Source: a virus (taxonomy: Duplodnaviria > Caudoviricetes). From it: 64,000 nucleotides of DNA. The notes beneath the pieces were generated by a model that saw nothing but the letters and a program-made list of their open reading frames with translations, had not been told where the DNA came from and made no database searches. Below, one piece after another: positions 44,238-53,930 of this stretch. The stretch is taken from positions 4,424 through 68,423 of IMG/VR virus record IMGVR_UViG_3300032167_000106, one strand, 5' to 3'. Position numbers and translations under genes: made by a program. Numbering within the stretch: position 1 is the first letter of the stretch; each line of letters begins with the position of its first letter.

Positions 44238-45110
44238 ATGAGTCAAGAACTGATGAAGGTCGAGTTTGAGAGCCTGTCCGGTATTATGGTCAAGCTCGAC
44301 GCAGCCACAGTCCGCAACACGCTCACCAGAGGCAATGGCGAGGTTACGGATCAGGAAGTGGCGATGTTCCTTCGTACCTGTCAGGCAAAGCGTCTGGATC
44401 CCTTGGAGAACGGCGAGGTATACCTGATTAAGTACGACAACAAGGCTCCTGCAAACCTGGTCGTCGGTTACTTTGCGTATATCCGCAGAGCAGACCACTT
44501 CCCTGATTACAGAGGCTTTAAGGCAGGCATCACCGTTGTGCGTGGACCCGCAGAGAACCCCCAGGTTATCCAAAAGGAAGGTGCTTGCCTTTATAAGGCG
44601 ATCGGCGAACAGCTGATCGGCGGCTGGTGTAGGGTATACCGGGAACGCTCCAATGGCAACATCGAAGAAACCTTTATGGAAGTGCCCTTGGAGGAGTACA
44701 GCACCGGTATGAGCAACTGGAAGGCGAAGCCTGCAACGATGATCCGGAAGGTTGCAATCAGTCAGGCGTTCCGTGCGGCATTCCCCAACGAGTACGAGGG
44801 TCTTTACACCGTCGATGAAATGCAGGCAGCAGGAGCAATTCCTGACAATGTGGTCGTGGATGGAGAAATTGTCGAAGTCCCCGACGATCCCGTCATTTCC
44901 CAGGAGCAGCGGCAGAACCTGTTCAAGCTGGCGAAAGAGCATATCGGGCAGAACGCCAATGATGTGTTGAAAGCTGTGCTTGCCGAGTTCGGTCGTGAGT
45001 CCACAACCGATATGCCGCTGTCTGTGTACAACAAGGTCCTCGACCGTGTGATGAAGATCGCAGACGACATCCGTGATGCCGAAGCTGCAGGCGAAGCCCC
45101 CACCGAATGA
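44238..45110 (+). CDS. recT: RecT/Red-beta single-strand annealing protein
   Basis: EVAMFL..C...LDP...EVYLIKY...W...PATMIRKVAISQAFR.AFP. Confidence 0.9.
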   Translation: MSQELMKVEFESLSGIMVKLDAATVRNTLTRGNGEVTDQEVAMFLRTCQAKRLDPLENGEVYLIKYDNKAPANLVVGYFAYIRRADHFPDYRGFKAGITVVRGPAENPQVIQKEGACLYKAIGEQLIGGWCRVYRERSNGNIEETFMEVPLEEYSTGMSNWKAKPATMIRKVAISQAFRAAFPNEYEGLYTVDEMQAAGAIPDNVVVDGEIVEVPDDPVISQEQRQNLFKLAKEHIGQNANDVLKAVLAEFGRESTTDMPLSVYNKVLDRVMKIADDIRDAEAAGEAPTE

Positions 45111-45160
45111 AGCAATACCAAAGACGGCGGGGGACCGCCAACAGATAGGCAGGTGATGAA

Positions 45161-45991
45161 ATGGCGTGGATAAGCGTACACGAGAACATTGTCGGTGCAA
45201 AGCTACGGCAGTTCCGGAGTTTGATTGGCTGTTCGCAGTGGGAAGCCGAGGGTATCCTTGTTTCCCTGTGGTTATGGGGTCTCAACAATGCTGACAAGTA
45301 CGGCTTGATCCCGTATGCCGACAGATCTGACATCGAGATCGCCCTGTCTGGATCCTCGAAAGGAAGTACGATTGACCTGCACAAGATCGTCGACTCGCTC
45401 GTACTGAGCGGATGGATCGACGAAGCTGATGACGGTATCTACATCCACGACTGGGAAGTCTGGCAGGAGCAGTGGTACAAAGCCAAAGAACGCCGTGAAA
45501 AAGATACCCAAAGAAAGCGGGAAAATCGGAGCAAAGAGAAAGCACCTGCACTCCCGGTGGCAGAAGACGAGGTGGAAGCAAAGCCACCCGTCCTGCCTCC
45601 TGCGGAGCCTCCTAAGGTGGAAGTTCCGAAGGAACCGCCCCAAGGTCCGCCGGTTAACCCGAAGCGGAAAGCTACGAATTACGGTCCGGAGTTCGATGAA
45701 TTTTGGACCGTATATCCCAGAAAGGTCGGCAAAGGGGATGCTGCCAAGGCGTACCAAGCCCGTCGCAATGACGGCTGGTCAGCCGAGACCCTGCTGACTG
45801 CAGCAAAGAACTATGCACTCCAATGCAACAAGCAGCACACCGCACTGGAGTACATCAAGCACCCCAAGACATTCCTAAGTGTGAGCACCCCGTTTACGGA
45901 CTATGTGCCCAAGCGGAAGGTCGCAGATCCTGAGCAGACAGTTCCGGATGGAAAGAACCCGTTTTCTGAATACGGAAAGGAGGGCTCTTAA
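45161..45991 (+). CDS. Phage replication initiator
   Basis: EAEGILVSLWLW N-terminus, HDWEVWQ, C-terminal FDEFW.VYPRKVGK; directly before the loader. Confidence 0.8.
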   Translation: MAWISVHENIVGAKLRQFRSLIGCSQWEAEGILVSLWLWGLNNADKYGLIPYADRSDIEIALSGSSKGSTIDLHKIVDSLVLSGWIDEADDGIYIHDWEVWQEQWYKAKERREKDTQRKRENRSKEKAPALPVAEDEVEAKPPVLPPAEPPKVEVPKEPPQGPPVNPKRKATNYGPEFDEFWTVYPRKVGKGDAAKAYQARRNDGWSAETLLTAAKNYALQCNKQHTALEYIKHPKTFLSVSTPFTDYVPKRKVADPEQTVPDGKNPFSEYGKEGS

Positions 45992-46881
45992 TGGAAGATC
46001 TGCAAAGGCCGGCAATCAATGCGTATGAGATGATGCTCCCGATCTGCAGGAACCTGCTCCGGAAACAGATCAGAAATGCGGTTGATTACGAGAATGAGGA
46101 TGGCTTGCTTGTCTGCGGAATTTGTGGAGAAACGAAGCAGACATACCTGACATTGCCCAACCCGACCGAGGACAATATGGGCAAGATCCTGACGACCAAA
46201 GCCTGCGGTTGCGACAGGAAGGCTGAGCAGGAAGAAGCTGCTCGAAAAAAGGCGATGGAAGACCGTGATAAGATCTCGAAATTCCGGTCGCTCAGTATGA
46301 TCGACAGCAAGTTCAACGGAGTTCGGTTCGACCAGCTCGAACGAACAAAGTTCAATGAGAAGAACCTCCGCATCTGCGAGAGGTATGTAGCGAAATTCCC
46401 GGAGATGCTCCAAAAGAACCAAGGCCTTCTGCTTTGGGGAGATGTGGGAACGGGAAAGAGCTTTGCGGCAGCGGCGATAGCAAACGCCCTGCTTGAGCAG
46501 GTAGTTCCGGTCGTAATGGTATCGTTCGTAGAGATCCTCAAACGGATCGAGTCGAAGGCGATGACCCATGACCAGATCGTATCGCTCATAAACACCGCCA
46601 ACCTCGTCGTGTTTGATGACCTCGGGGCTGAGCGGGACTCAGACTATGCACTGGAAAAGGTATATGCCATCGTCGATGCCAGATACCGGAAACAGTTGCC
46701 TATGATCGTAACGACGAACCTGCCGATGGAGCAGATGAAGGGCGAGGAGGACATCCGATACCGTCGGATCTACGACCGCATCTTCGAGAATTGCTACCCG
46801 ATGCAGTTCACAGGCCCGAGCTGGAGGCGTGTCGAGGCGAACAGACGGTTCTCCGAGATGTCTTCACTCCTGAAAGATTGA
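45991..46881 (+). CDS. DnaC/IstB-like helicase loader ATPase
   Basis: Walker A GDVGTGKS, Walker B LVVFDDLG, IVTTN. Confidence 0.92.
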   Translation: MEDLQRPAINAYEMMLPICRNLLRKQIRNAVDYENEDGLLVCGICGETKQTYLTLPNPTEDNMGKILTTKACGCDRKAEQEEAARKKAMEDRDKISKFRSLSMIDSKFNGVRFDQLERTKFNEKNLRICERYVAKFPEMLQKNQGLLLWGDVGTGKSFAAAAIANALLEQVVPVVMVSFVEILKRIESKAMTHDQIVSLINTANLVVFDDLGAERDSDYALEKVYAIVDARYRKQLPMIVTTNLPMEQMKGEEDIRYRRIYDRIFENCYPMQFTGPSWRRVEANRRFSEMSSLLKD

Positions 46882-46893
46882 GAGGTGGGGAAT

Positions 46894-47088
46894 ATGTGCA
46901 GTAACGATATGATCCTCCTGAAGATCGGCAATGAGGCAGACCGTGTAACGGTAGCCTCGATCCTGTATAAGAACGGCTACGAGGTGAAGCCGGTTCGCCG
47001 CAAGAAAAACGGCAAGAGCTACGAATACTTCGTCGGGTGCAGACCTGCAACTGACGACCAGCAGGGAGGTGCAACTGATGACAGTTAG
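46894..47088 (+). CDS. Hypothetical protein
   Basis: RBS GAGGTGG. Confidence 0.65.
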   Translation: MCSNDMILLKIGNEADRVTVASILYKNGYEVKPVRRKKNGKSYEYFVGCRPATDDQQGGATDDS

Positions 47089-47512
47089 GTTCACAATCCC
47101 GGGAGAGCCGTATGGTAAGGGCAGACCTCGCTTTAGAAACGCAGGTACGCACCAGCAGCCGTACACGCCGGCAAAGACAGCGAACTATGAGAACCTCGTA
47201 AAGCTGGCTTATACGGCGGAGGCAAAGAACTACCGGTTCCCTGATGACGCAATGATTGATGTCAGGATCTTTGCTTATTATGCAATCCCCAAATCTGCCA
47301 GCAAAAAGAAGCGGCAGGCGATGCTGGATAGAAAGATCCGACCGACGAAGAAACCTGACTACGACAACATCGGCAAGATCGTCTGCGACTCGCTGAACCA
47401 GATCGCATATAAGGACGACTCGCAGATAGTCGACGCAATGGTCAGGAAATTCTATGATGAGATCCCCAGAGTGGTCGTTACAATCCGTGACATTGCGGAG
47501 GAGACGGAATGA
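47078..47512 (+). CDS. rusA: RusA-family Holliday junction resolvase
   Basis: IPGEP.GK.RPR...KPDYDNIGK...DSLN..AYKDDSQIV. Confidence 0.92.
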   Translation: MTVRFTIPGEPYGKGRPRFRNAGTHQQPYTPAKTANYENLVKLAYTAEAKNYRFPDDAMIDVRIFAYYAIPKSASKKKRQAMLDRKIRPTKKPDYDNIGKIVCDSLNQIAYKDDSQIVDAMVRKFYDEIPRVVVTIRDIAEETE

Positions 47513-47748
47513 GTAGGGAGCTTGTCTTTGACGGATATTGGGAGGGCACTGCCGATTACTCCTGCGACCAATGCGGGAAGACCGTCAAGTTCCGCTTTGA
47601 TAGCGAAGAAAGTGCCAACAATGCCAAAGGGCACCGGCAAGCACTCCGGACGAAGCGAGGCTGGATCACCACGAAGGTGGAGGGTCACTGGCACGACTTC
47701 TGCGGGGAGCCTTGCAGAAATAAGTACATTCGAGAACAGACTTTTTGA
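47509..47748 (+). CDS. Small zinc-finger protein
   Basis: CDQC...FCGEPC. Confidence 0.7.
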   Translation: MSRELVFDGYWEGTADYSCDQCGKTVKFRFDSEESANNAKGHRQALRTKRGWITTKVEGHWHDFCGEPCRNKYIREQTF

Positions 47749-47763
47749 AAGGAAGTAACAGCT

Positions 47764-48609
47764 ATGAGCAAGCAAGATTTGGTACTGAGCCTGAATGAGG
47801 AGACTTTCTCCGCACTGAAGAAAGACTTCGACACAATCCTGAACCGCACCCTGGGCAATATGGAGATGAAGGGTGCAACTGATGCAGTTATCACCCTGAA
47901 GCTGACCGTCGGCCTGGATGAGCGGTCCTTCTCTGTGGGCGAAGGCATTCAGAAATACAAGAAGCCCACCTTCAAGCACGAGATCAACTCCGTGATGCAG
48001 ATCAAGGACAAGATGACCGGCCAGCTCAGTGGCGAGTATGCTATGGTTTGGGACGAAGATGAAAAGCGGTTCGTCCTCCGCCACTTCGACGGAAACCAGA
48101 CCAGCATCTTCGACAGCGACTACGAGACGGTAGATGAGGAGCCTATGGGCCGCTTCACTGACCTGCCTAACGGTGAGGCAATCGGCCTGCCTGCTCCTGA
48201 CGATGAGGATGAGGAAGCCGAGGAGATGACCCCGTTCAGTTGGCTGTGCCAGTTCGTCGGTGAGACGCTGATCGTCACTGAGGCAATGGGCAACTACACC
48301 GTCCGGACCGAGGGCAACAAGGTGGTGCTTTCCTCCGCAACGAGCGAGGAGAACCCCTTCTACTGTCCTGCTGAGAAACTGGAGCCCCATGTCGGTCACA
48401 AGGTCGTCTGTGTCGGCTACGGCGATGACGAGATCGTGAATGTTTCCATCGAGTGCGAGGATTGCAACACAGTCCTGTTTGACATCAACGCACCTGAGGC
48501 GACCGACGAGGAAGTAACCGATGCTGTTAAGTCCTCCGATGCTGAGGAAGACGCAACTGATGGAAGCTCCGCAGATGAAGGCTTAGAATACGAAGACCCC
48601 GAGGAGTAA
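47764..48609 (+). CDS. Two-domain acidic hypothetical protein
   Basis: RBS AAAGGAAG; D/E-rich linker and tail. Confidence 0.75.
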   Translation: MSKQDLVLSLNEETFSALKKDFDTILNRTLGNMEMKGATDAVITLKLTVGLDERSFSVGEGIQKYKKPTFKHEINSVMQIKDKMTGQLSGEYAMVWDEDEKRFVLRHFDGNQTSIFDSDYETVDEEPMGRFTDLPNGEAIGLPAPDDEDEEAEEMTPFSWLCQFVGETLIVTEAMGNYTVRTEGNKVVLSSATSEENPFYCPAEKLEPHVGHKVVCVGYGDDEIVNVSIECEDCNTVLFDINAPEATDEEVTDAVKSSDAEEDATDGSSADEGLEYEDPEE

Positions 48610-48636
48610 TGCCTCCCCGGGGTGAGGGAGGAAATT

Positions 48637-49326
48637 ATGAAATCACCCATTGATGTGATAAAGGGACGGATCGTCGACTTCGATGAGAATGGCAAGCTGA
48701 CCATCGAGGCGTATTACCCGGACTGGCGGACGATGACCCGCCGGGAGTACAGCGAGTGCAATATCCAGATGATCGACGGACGCCCGTTATCCAATAAGCA
48801 GCGGCGAACCTGTTACAAGCTGCTTCGGGAGATTTCGGCTTACACGGGTATGGGACTGGATCCCACGAAGGAATGGACGAAGATCAAGTTCCTTGCTGAG
48901 GATCTGGAAGAAACAGCGGATAAGATATTCTCCCTATCCGACGCCCCGATGTCCCTGGTATGTGCCTACCAGCGGTTCCTGGTACGGTTCATTCTTGACT
49001 GGGACATCCCGTGTAGCTTCTCCCTGTTAGACTTTGTGGATGATACCAACGATTACATCTATGCCTGCCTTGAACATAAGAAGTGTTGCATCTGCGGACA
49101 GCACTGCGACCTGCACCATGTAGACCGAGTAGGTATGGGCGGCGATCGTGAAGAAATGGTACACGAGGGTATGGAAGTTCTCCCGCTTTGCCGTGGACAC
49201 CACACAGAGCTCCACAACACCGGCGACCGAGAGTTCTACGCCCAGTACCATCTCGTCAAAGGCATCATCCTCGATAAGTACCTCTGTAAAATTTATGGCT
49301 TGAAATCGAGCAAGGAGGAAATGTAA
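48637..49326 (+). CDS. Putative HNHc nuclease (DUF968-like)
   Basis: KKCCICG...DLHHVDRVG...LPLCRGHHTELH. Confidence 0.85.
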   Translation: MKSPIDVIKGRIVDFDENGKLTIEAYYPDWRTMTRREYSECNIQMIDGRPLSNKQRRTCYKLLREISAYTGMGLDPTKEWTKIKFLAEDLEETADKIFSLSDAPMSLVCAYQRFLVRFILDWDIPCSFSLLDFVDDTNDYIYACLEHKKCCICGQHCDLHHVDRVGMGGDREEMVHEGMEVLPLCRGHHTELHNTGDREFYAQYHLVKGIILDKYLCKIYGLKSSKEEM

Positions 49327-49761
49327 ATGCTCAACCACATTACGATTATGGGCCGCCTGACAAAGGACCCTGAGCTACGCAGAACCGGAACCGGTGTTGC
49401 TGTGACCAGCTTTACGGTGGCGGTAGACCGGGACTTCGGAACCGGTGATGACGGCAAGAAAGAAGCGGACTTCATCGACTGCGTTGCGTGGCGGCAGACC
49501 GGTGAGTTCGTGAGCAAGTATTTCAAGAAAGGCTCCGTGGCAGTTGTGTCTGGACGGCTCCAGATCCGGGGCTGGACTGACAAGGAAGGCAACAAGCGGA
49601 GAGCTGCCGAGGTCGTGGCAGAAAATGTCTACTTCGGCGACAACAAGAAGAACGACGGTAACGATAACGCAGGCGGGTACAATGCACCGGGAAGTTACGG
49701 CTCACAGCCGGCCAGCGACTTCGGCACCATCGACGAAGACGATGCACAGCTCCCGTTTTGA
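49327..49761 (+). CDS. ssb: Single-stranded DNA-binding protein
   Basis: MLNHITIMGRLTKDPELR...; C-terminal DDAQLPF. Confidence 0.95.
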   Translation: MLNHITIMGRLTKDPELRRTGTGVAVTSFTVAVDRDFGTGDDGKKEADFIDCVAWRQTGEFVSKYFKKGSVAVVSGRLQIRGWTDKEGNKRRAAEVVAENVYFGDNKKNDGNDNAGGYNAPGSYGSQPASDFGTIDEDDAQLPF

Positions 49762-49773
49762 TCGGAGGTAGCA

Positions 49774-50559
49774 ATGGAGAAGACGAAAATCGAGTGGGCT
49801 GACTCCTCGTGGAACCCGGTAACGGGCTGCTACCACACCTGCCCCTATTGCTACGCAAGAGGAACCTCGAACCGGTTCAAGGGTTGCGATGCGTCCCCGG
49901 ACGGCACCGCTCCCGATAAGATCGTGGCATTGACCGAGCGACTGCCCGTAACTGATAGCCACGGCAAAACAAGAAATGCCGCATATCCCTATGGCTTCAC
50001 CCCGACCCTGCACGAGTACCGCCTGAACGACCCTGCAACCAAAGGCTTCGGCAAGACGATCTTCGTCTGCTCGATGGCAGATCTGTTCGGCAACTGGGTG
50101 CCTGACGAATGGATCCTGAAGGTGTTTGAAGCCTGCAAAGCGGCACCCGGCCACAGATACCTGTTCCTGACAAAGAACCCCGAGCGATACCTGAAACTCG
50201 CTATGAAGGGGCTGCTTCCCAAGGGCGACGAATACTGGTACGGAACCACCGTAACAGATCCCAGTGTTGAGGCGTTTTGGGCAGACGGATACAACACATT
50301 CATCAGTATGGAACCGATCCTGCAGCCGTTTGGAAAAGCGGAAACAGACTACGCAGGGAAGGTCACGGCAGATTACATCGACTGGATCATTCTCGGAGCT
50401 GAGACCGGGAACCGCAAGGACAAGGTCGTTCCGGAGAGATCCTGGGTCGAAGATGTTGTCCGGGAGTTCCAGGAACGAGGAAAGCCGGTCTTTATGAAAG
50501 ATAGTATGATCCCCATTTGGGGAGAGGAAATCCTCACGCAGACACCGTGGGATGATTGA
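49774..50559 (+). CDS. DUF5131 (phage Gp37/Gp68) radical-SAM-like protein
   Basis: TKIEWADSSWNPVTGC...C.YCYA...FVCSMADLF...LTK.P.R. Confidence 0.9.
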   Translation: MEKTKIEWADSSWNPVTGCYHTCPYCYARGTSNRFKGCDASPDGTAPDKIVALTERLPVTDSHGKTRNAAYPYGFTPTLHEYRLNDPATKGFGKTIFVCSMADLFGNWVPDEWILKVFEACKAAPGHRYLFLTKNPERYLKLAMKGLLPKGDEYWYGTTVTDPSVEAFWADGYNTFISMEPILQPFGKAETDYAGKVTADYIDWIILGAETGNRKDKVVPERSWVEDVVREFQERGKPVFMKDSMIPIWGEEILTQTPWDD

Positions 50560-50570
50560 AGGAGAGCAGT

Positions 50571-51740
50571 ATGACTAAGGATGTAAAGATCTTCGCCAAG
50601 ACAATCGAAGACGAAGCCCGTGAGCAGATTGAAAGGCTTGCAGACCATCCGGTAAGTGATGGAAGCAAGATCCGGGTAATGCCTGATGTTCACGCTGGTG
50701 CAGGTTGCACCATTGGAACGACGATGACCATAACCGATAGGATCTGCCCGAACCTTGTAGGTGTAGACATCGGCTGCGGTATGCTGGCTGTGAGTCTGGG
50801 AGTAAAGAACATTGACTTTGCCAAGCTCGACAGCGTCATCCGATGGAATGTTCCTTCCGGCTTCAACATCCACCCGACGGCGAAGGCGTTCTTCAATCTC
50901 GACGACTTGAAATGTCCGACTGCTGATAAAGTTCGGGCGATCCGGAGCCTTGGCACCTTGGGTGGAGGCAACCACTTCATAGAGGTGAACAGAGGCCGGG
51001 ACGGATACCTCTGGCTCGTCATCCACTCCGGAAGCCGGCATCTCGGCCTGGAGGTAGCGGGATAATACCAGGATCTTGCGTGGAAGACGATGTCTCAGCC
51101 GGGACAGGAGGAGATGGCCGAGCTGATCGCACGGTACAAGGCAGAAGGCAGGCAGAAAGAAATCGCAGATGCCCTGGCTGCCCTGAAAGCCAAGAAACAG
51201 GACTGCGGACCCAAGGATCTGGCGTACCTGACCGGCGATGCAATGGCTGACTATCTGCACGATATGGGCATTGTCCAGCGATTTGCAGACAAGAACCGGA
51301 TGACAATCGCCGAAGCCATCCTGAAAGGGCTTGGCCTTGGCTGGGGACGGTTTTTCACCACGACCCACAACTACATCGATTTGGAGGAAAAGATCCTGCG
51401 GAAGGGTGCTGTGGCATCCTACCGGGGTGAACAGCTCCTGATCCCGATGAATATGCGGGACGGCTCCCTTCTGTGTGAGGGCAAGGGCAATCCGGACTGG
51501 AACTGCTCGGCTCCCCACGGTGCAGGACGGCTGATGTCTCGGGCGAAGGCGAGGGACACGCTCACAATGGGCGAGTACAAGGCGGCAATGGAGAAGGTTT
51601 ATACCACCTGCGTCAGCTACGATACCATCGACGAGGCACCGGCGGCCTACAAGAAAATGAGCGAGATCATCGAGTGCATTGAACCGACCTGCAAGATCGT
51701 AGATGTACTCAAGCCGGTATACAATTTCAAGGCATCCTAA
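50571..51740 (+). pseudogene. rtcB: RtcB RNA ligase interrupted by one in-frame TAA (51063-51065)
   Basis: MPDVHAG, VGVDIGCG, TLGGGNHF, HSGSR, then TAA, then THNY, RKGA, HGAGR, DEAP.AYK in the same frame. Confidence 0.9.
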
Positions 51741-51751
51741 GGAGGTCCATT

Positions 51752-52126
51752 ATGGGTAAGAACAAGAAAGGCAAGGGCGTATCAATCCCGAAAGGTAGAA
51801 ATGGCTACCGTGAACGGGAGAAGACGAAGATCGACATCTTCCGGACGGCGGAGAAGGATACGCAGATCCAGTATATGACGGATACTCTTGTCCTGACTCT
51901 GAATGACCCTGCTATAATGGGCAAGGATGTGTTCGGCAAGAAGCGGCTCCTGAAGATCATCGAAGCCTGGGGCAAAAAGTACGACGAGTTTCACGCAGTT
52001 TTTGAAAACAACGATGAGACCGACTACTACCAGATGAAGCTGGATAAATGCCTGAGGCAGATCTTCGGTGATGATATGGAGAATTTTGGAGCGAGATACC
52101 CTTGGATTAAGGACCAGACATTCTAA
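51752..52126 (+). CDS. Hypothetical protein
   Basis: RBS AAGGAGGT. Confidence 0.75.
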   Translation: MGKNKKGKGVSIPKGRNGYREREKTKIDIFRTAEKDTQIQYMTDTLVLTLNDPAIMGKDVFGKKRLLKIIEAWGKKYDEFHAVFENNDETDYYQMKLDKCLRQIFGDDMENFGARYPWIKDQTF

Positions 52127-52163
52127 TGCGGTGATGTAGAAAGCGAGGTGAAGGGCACCCATA

Positions 52164-52658
52164 ATGGAAACGGAAAAGTTGTTTGATGCTGACTCGGTCA
52201 AGGAATGGCTCGAAGACTATGTCCTGGCAGAGGAAGACATCGACGGTGAAATTGAGCGGCTCGAATACTTTGTATCCAAGATGACCAGCCTCGGCTCTCA
52301 GAATATGGATGGGATGCCCAGAGCCACAAACGCTTCCACAGACCGAATGGCCGAGATGCTTGCCCGGAAGGAGGAGCTTGAAGGATCTATCCGGGAGTCA
52401 GTCCGGAAGCAGGCAGAGGTCAGAAAGAAAATCGAGGCGGTTGTCCGGAAACTCCGGAAGGTAGAGCGAAGATCCGTGATCCGGTTGAAATACCTCGACC
52501 GTACTGAATGGGACGATGTGCTCGAAGTGATGTACGGCAAGAGGGATGACTTCGACGATAGGTACGATACATACCGTCGGGCGATGTACCGGCATCACGA
52601 GGACGCTCTTGCAGAAATGGCCAGGGTGATGAACCTAATGGCAACGCAGGAAGTTTGA
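52164..52658 (+). CDS. DUF1492 / RinA-ArpU-like late transcriptional regulator
   Basis: Coiled coil then ERSVIRLKYL...WDDV...HEDAL; end of the replication module. Confidence 0.7.
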   Translation: METEKLFDADSVKEWLEDYVLAEEDIDGEIERLEYFVSKMTSLGSQNMDGMPRATNASTDRMAEMLARKEELEGSIRESVRKQAEVRKKIEAVVRKLRKVERRSVIRLKYLDRTEWDDVLEVMYGKRDDFDDRYDTYRRAMYRHHEDALAEMARVMNLMATQEV

Positions 52659-52662
52659 AATA

Positions 52663-52748
52663 CCCGAATACAGCGGTTTCCAGACCAAGAAGCAATACCC
52701 TCTATCATCCGGATAATTTCTATCCGATCTATCAGCCAATTTTGTAGG
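52663..52748 (+). repeat. Intergenic repeat family A, copy 6
   Basis: CCCGAATACAGCGGTTTC...AAGCAATACCCTCTATCATCCGG...ATCAGCCAATTTTG. Confidence 0.85.
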
Positions 52749-52762
52749 CGAAATCTTGTAAG

Positions 52763-52803
52763 AAAAGGAGCAGGCGAGGAGAAATACCTGGCCTGCTCTT
52801 TTG
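52763..52803 (+). terminator. Intrinsic terminator after the replication operon
   Basis: GAGCAGGC...GCCTGCTC-TTTT. Confidence 0.7.
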
Positions 52804-52858
52804 TAATCTCCGCCACCGTTGACTACGAAAAATATTTAGAAAAATCCTGAAAAAACTA

Positions 52859-52886
52859 TTGACTTAGGTGGTAGGTAAGTTAAGAT
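52859..52886 (+). promoter_or_regulatory. Repeated phage promoter P6
   Basis: TTGACT-TAGGTGGTAGGTAAGT-TAAGAT. Confidence 0.85.
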
Positions 52887-52964
52887 AAGATTGTAAAAAC
52901 AAACAAAATTCGGTGAAAAACAGCCAGTTTTGCACCTGAAATGTTCGGAAAAAGGAGAACCGAA

Positions 52965-53189
52965 ATGAAAGTCAAGATCTTAGAAACCATCGACTACACC
53001 CTGAGCCGAAAAGGCCACCGGGTATATACGATCGTAGATGAAAACGGTCGGCCTATAAGCAAGTCCGGGTGCTGGAAGTCCAAGGCTACTTGCCGCAAGC
53101 ATATCGAAGAACTCGGCCACGAGTTTACCGGAGTCGTAACGAAGCACCAGAACTACTCGCACTGGGCATCCTTCGTCCCGGTTCAGTAA
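52965..53189 (+). CDS. Hypothetical protein, first gene after P6
   Basis: RBS AAAGGAG. Confidence 0.7.
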   Translation: MKVKILETIDYTLSRKGHRVYTIVDENGRPISKSGCWKSKATCRKHIEELGHEFTGVVTKHQNYSHWASFVPVQ

Positions 53190-53202
53190 GGAGGCGGCGA
53201 AG

Positions 53203-53421
53203 ATGATGGTGAAAGCAAAGGATCTCCAGCAAGGAGATGTGATCCGGATCGACCACTGGAGCAACCTGTGGAAGCGGGTGGCACCGACGACAGCGACAGT
53301 CCTGGCAGTAAGTGAGTTCGGTAGCAACCGAAGTATCCTCGCCAAGGTTCGGGACGGCATGAACGAATTTGTTTCCGACATCTTCGCAGACGCAGAAAAA
53401 GAATACGAGAAGATCGCTTGA
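53203..53421 (+). CDS. Hypothetical protein
   Basis: RBS AAGGAGG. Confidence 0.7.
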   Translation: MMVKAKDLQQGDVIRIDHWSNLWKRVAPTTATVLAVSEFGSNRSILAKVRDGMNEFVSDIFADAEKEYEKIA

Positions 53422-53435
53422 AAGGAGCACTGAAA

Positions 53436-53678
53436 ATGGCTGATAAGAAAATCGAAGTGACCTTGACCTGCAACCTGATTGCAGAAGGCCAGTATTACCT
53501 GAACGGAACCCGGCTCCACTTTGACGAGCCCTGGGCGGTGTATGTGGTAAACGGCGACCTGTATATGCCTTACTTCCGCATTTACATCAACGGCGAATTT
53601 AGAGGTGTCGCAAGATACGAGCGTGAAGCGTTCGATTTCCTCCTGAAGGCGACGAACAGCTTGGCAACAAGAGTGTAA
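53436..53678 (+). CDS. Hypothetical protein
   Basis: RBS AAAGGAG. Confidence 0.7.
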   Translation: MADKKIEVTLTCNLIAEGQYYLNGTRLHFDEPWAVYVVNGDLYMPYFRIYINGEFRGVARYEREAFDFLLKATNSLATRV

Positions 53679-53693
53679 GGGTAGGCGGAAGAT

Positions 53694-53930
53694 ATGTTCG
53701 ATAAGAAGACCTCAGGCAGCATGAAGTATTCGGATCTGCCGCCGAAGTACCAGCATCAGGCGAGGTGCTGGGCGGTAGATGCCTGGAATGAGCTGTACTC
53801 GGAACAGGGCTTGCCACTGATCGACGGAGCGGCCCCAGAAGTAGAACAGCTCCTGGCCGATTGGGAGTTTGAGATCGTAAGCGGCAGTTACGAACCCGGT
53901 GTTAGATACGAAAGATTGGAGCGGATTTGA
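53694..53930 (+). CDS. Hypothetical protein
   Basis: ORF track. Confidence 0.65.
   Translation: MFDKKTSGSMKYSDLPPKYQHQARCWAVDAWNELYSEQGLPLIDGAAPEVEQLLADWEFEIVSGSYEPGVRYERLERI

Noticed and set aside
51063-51065. Genome-wide stop-codon reassignment
   Set aside because: TAA, TAG and TGA all end well-defined genes here (e.g. 1661, 2875, 49326); only rtcB is interrupted and no suppressor tRNA was seen
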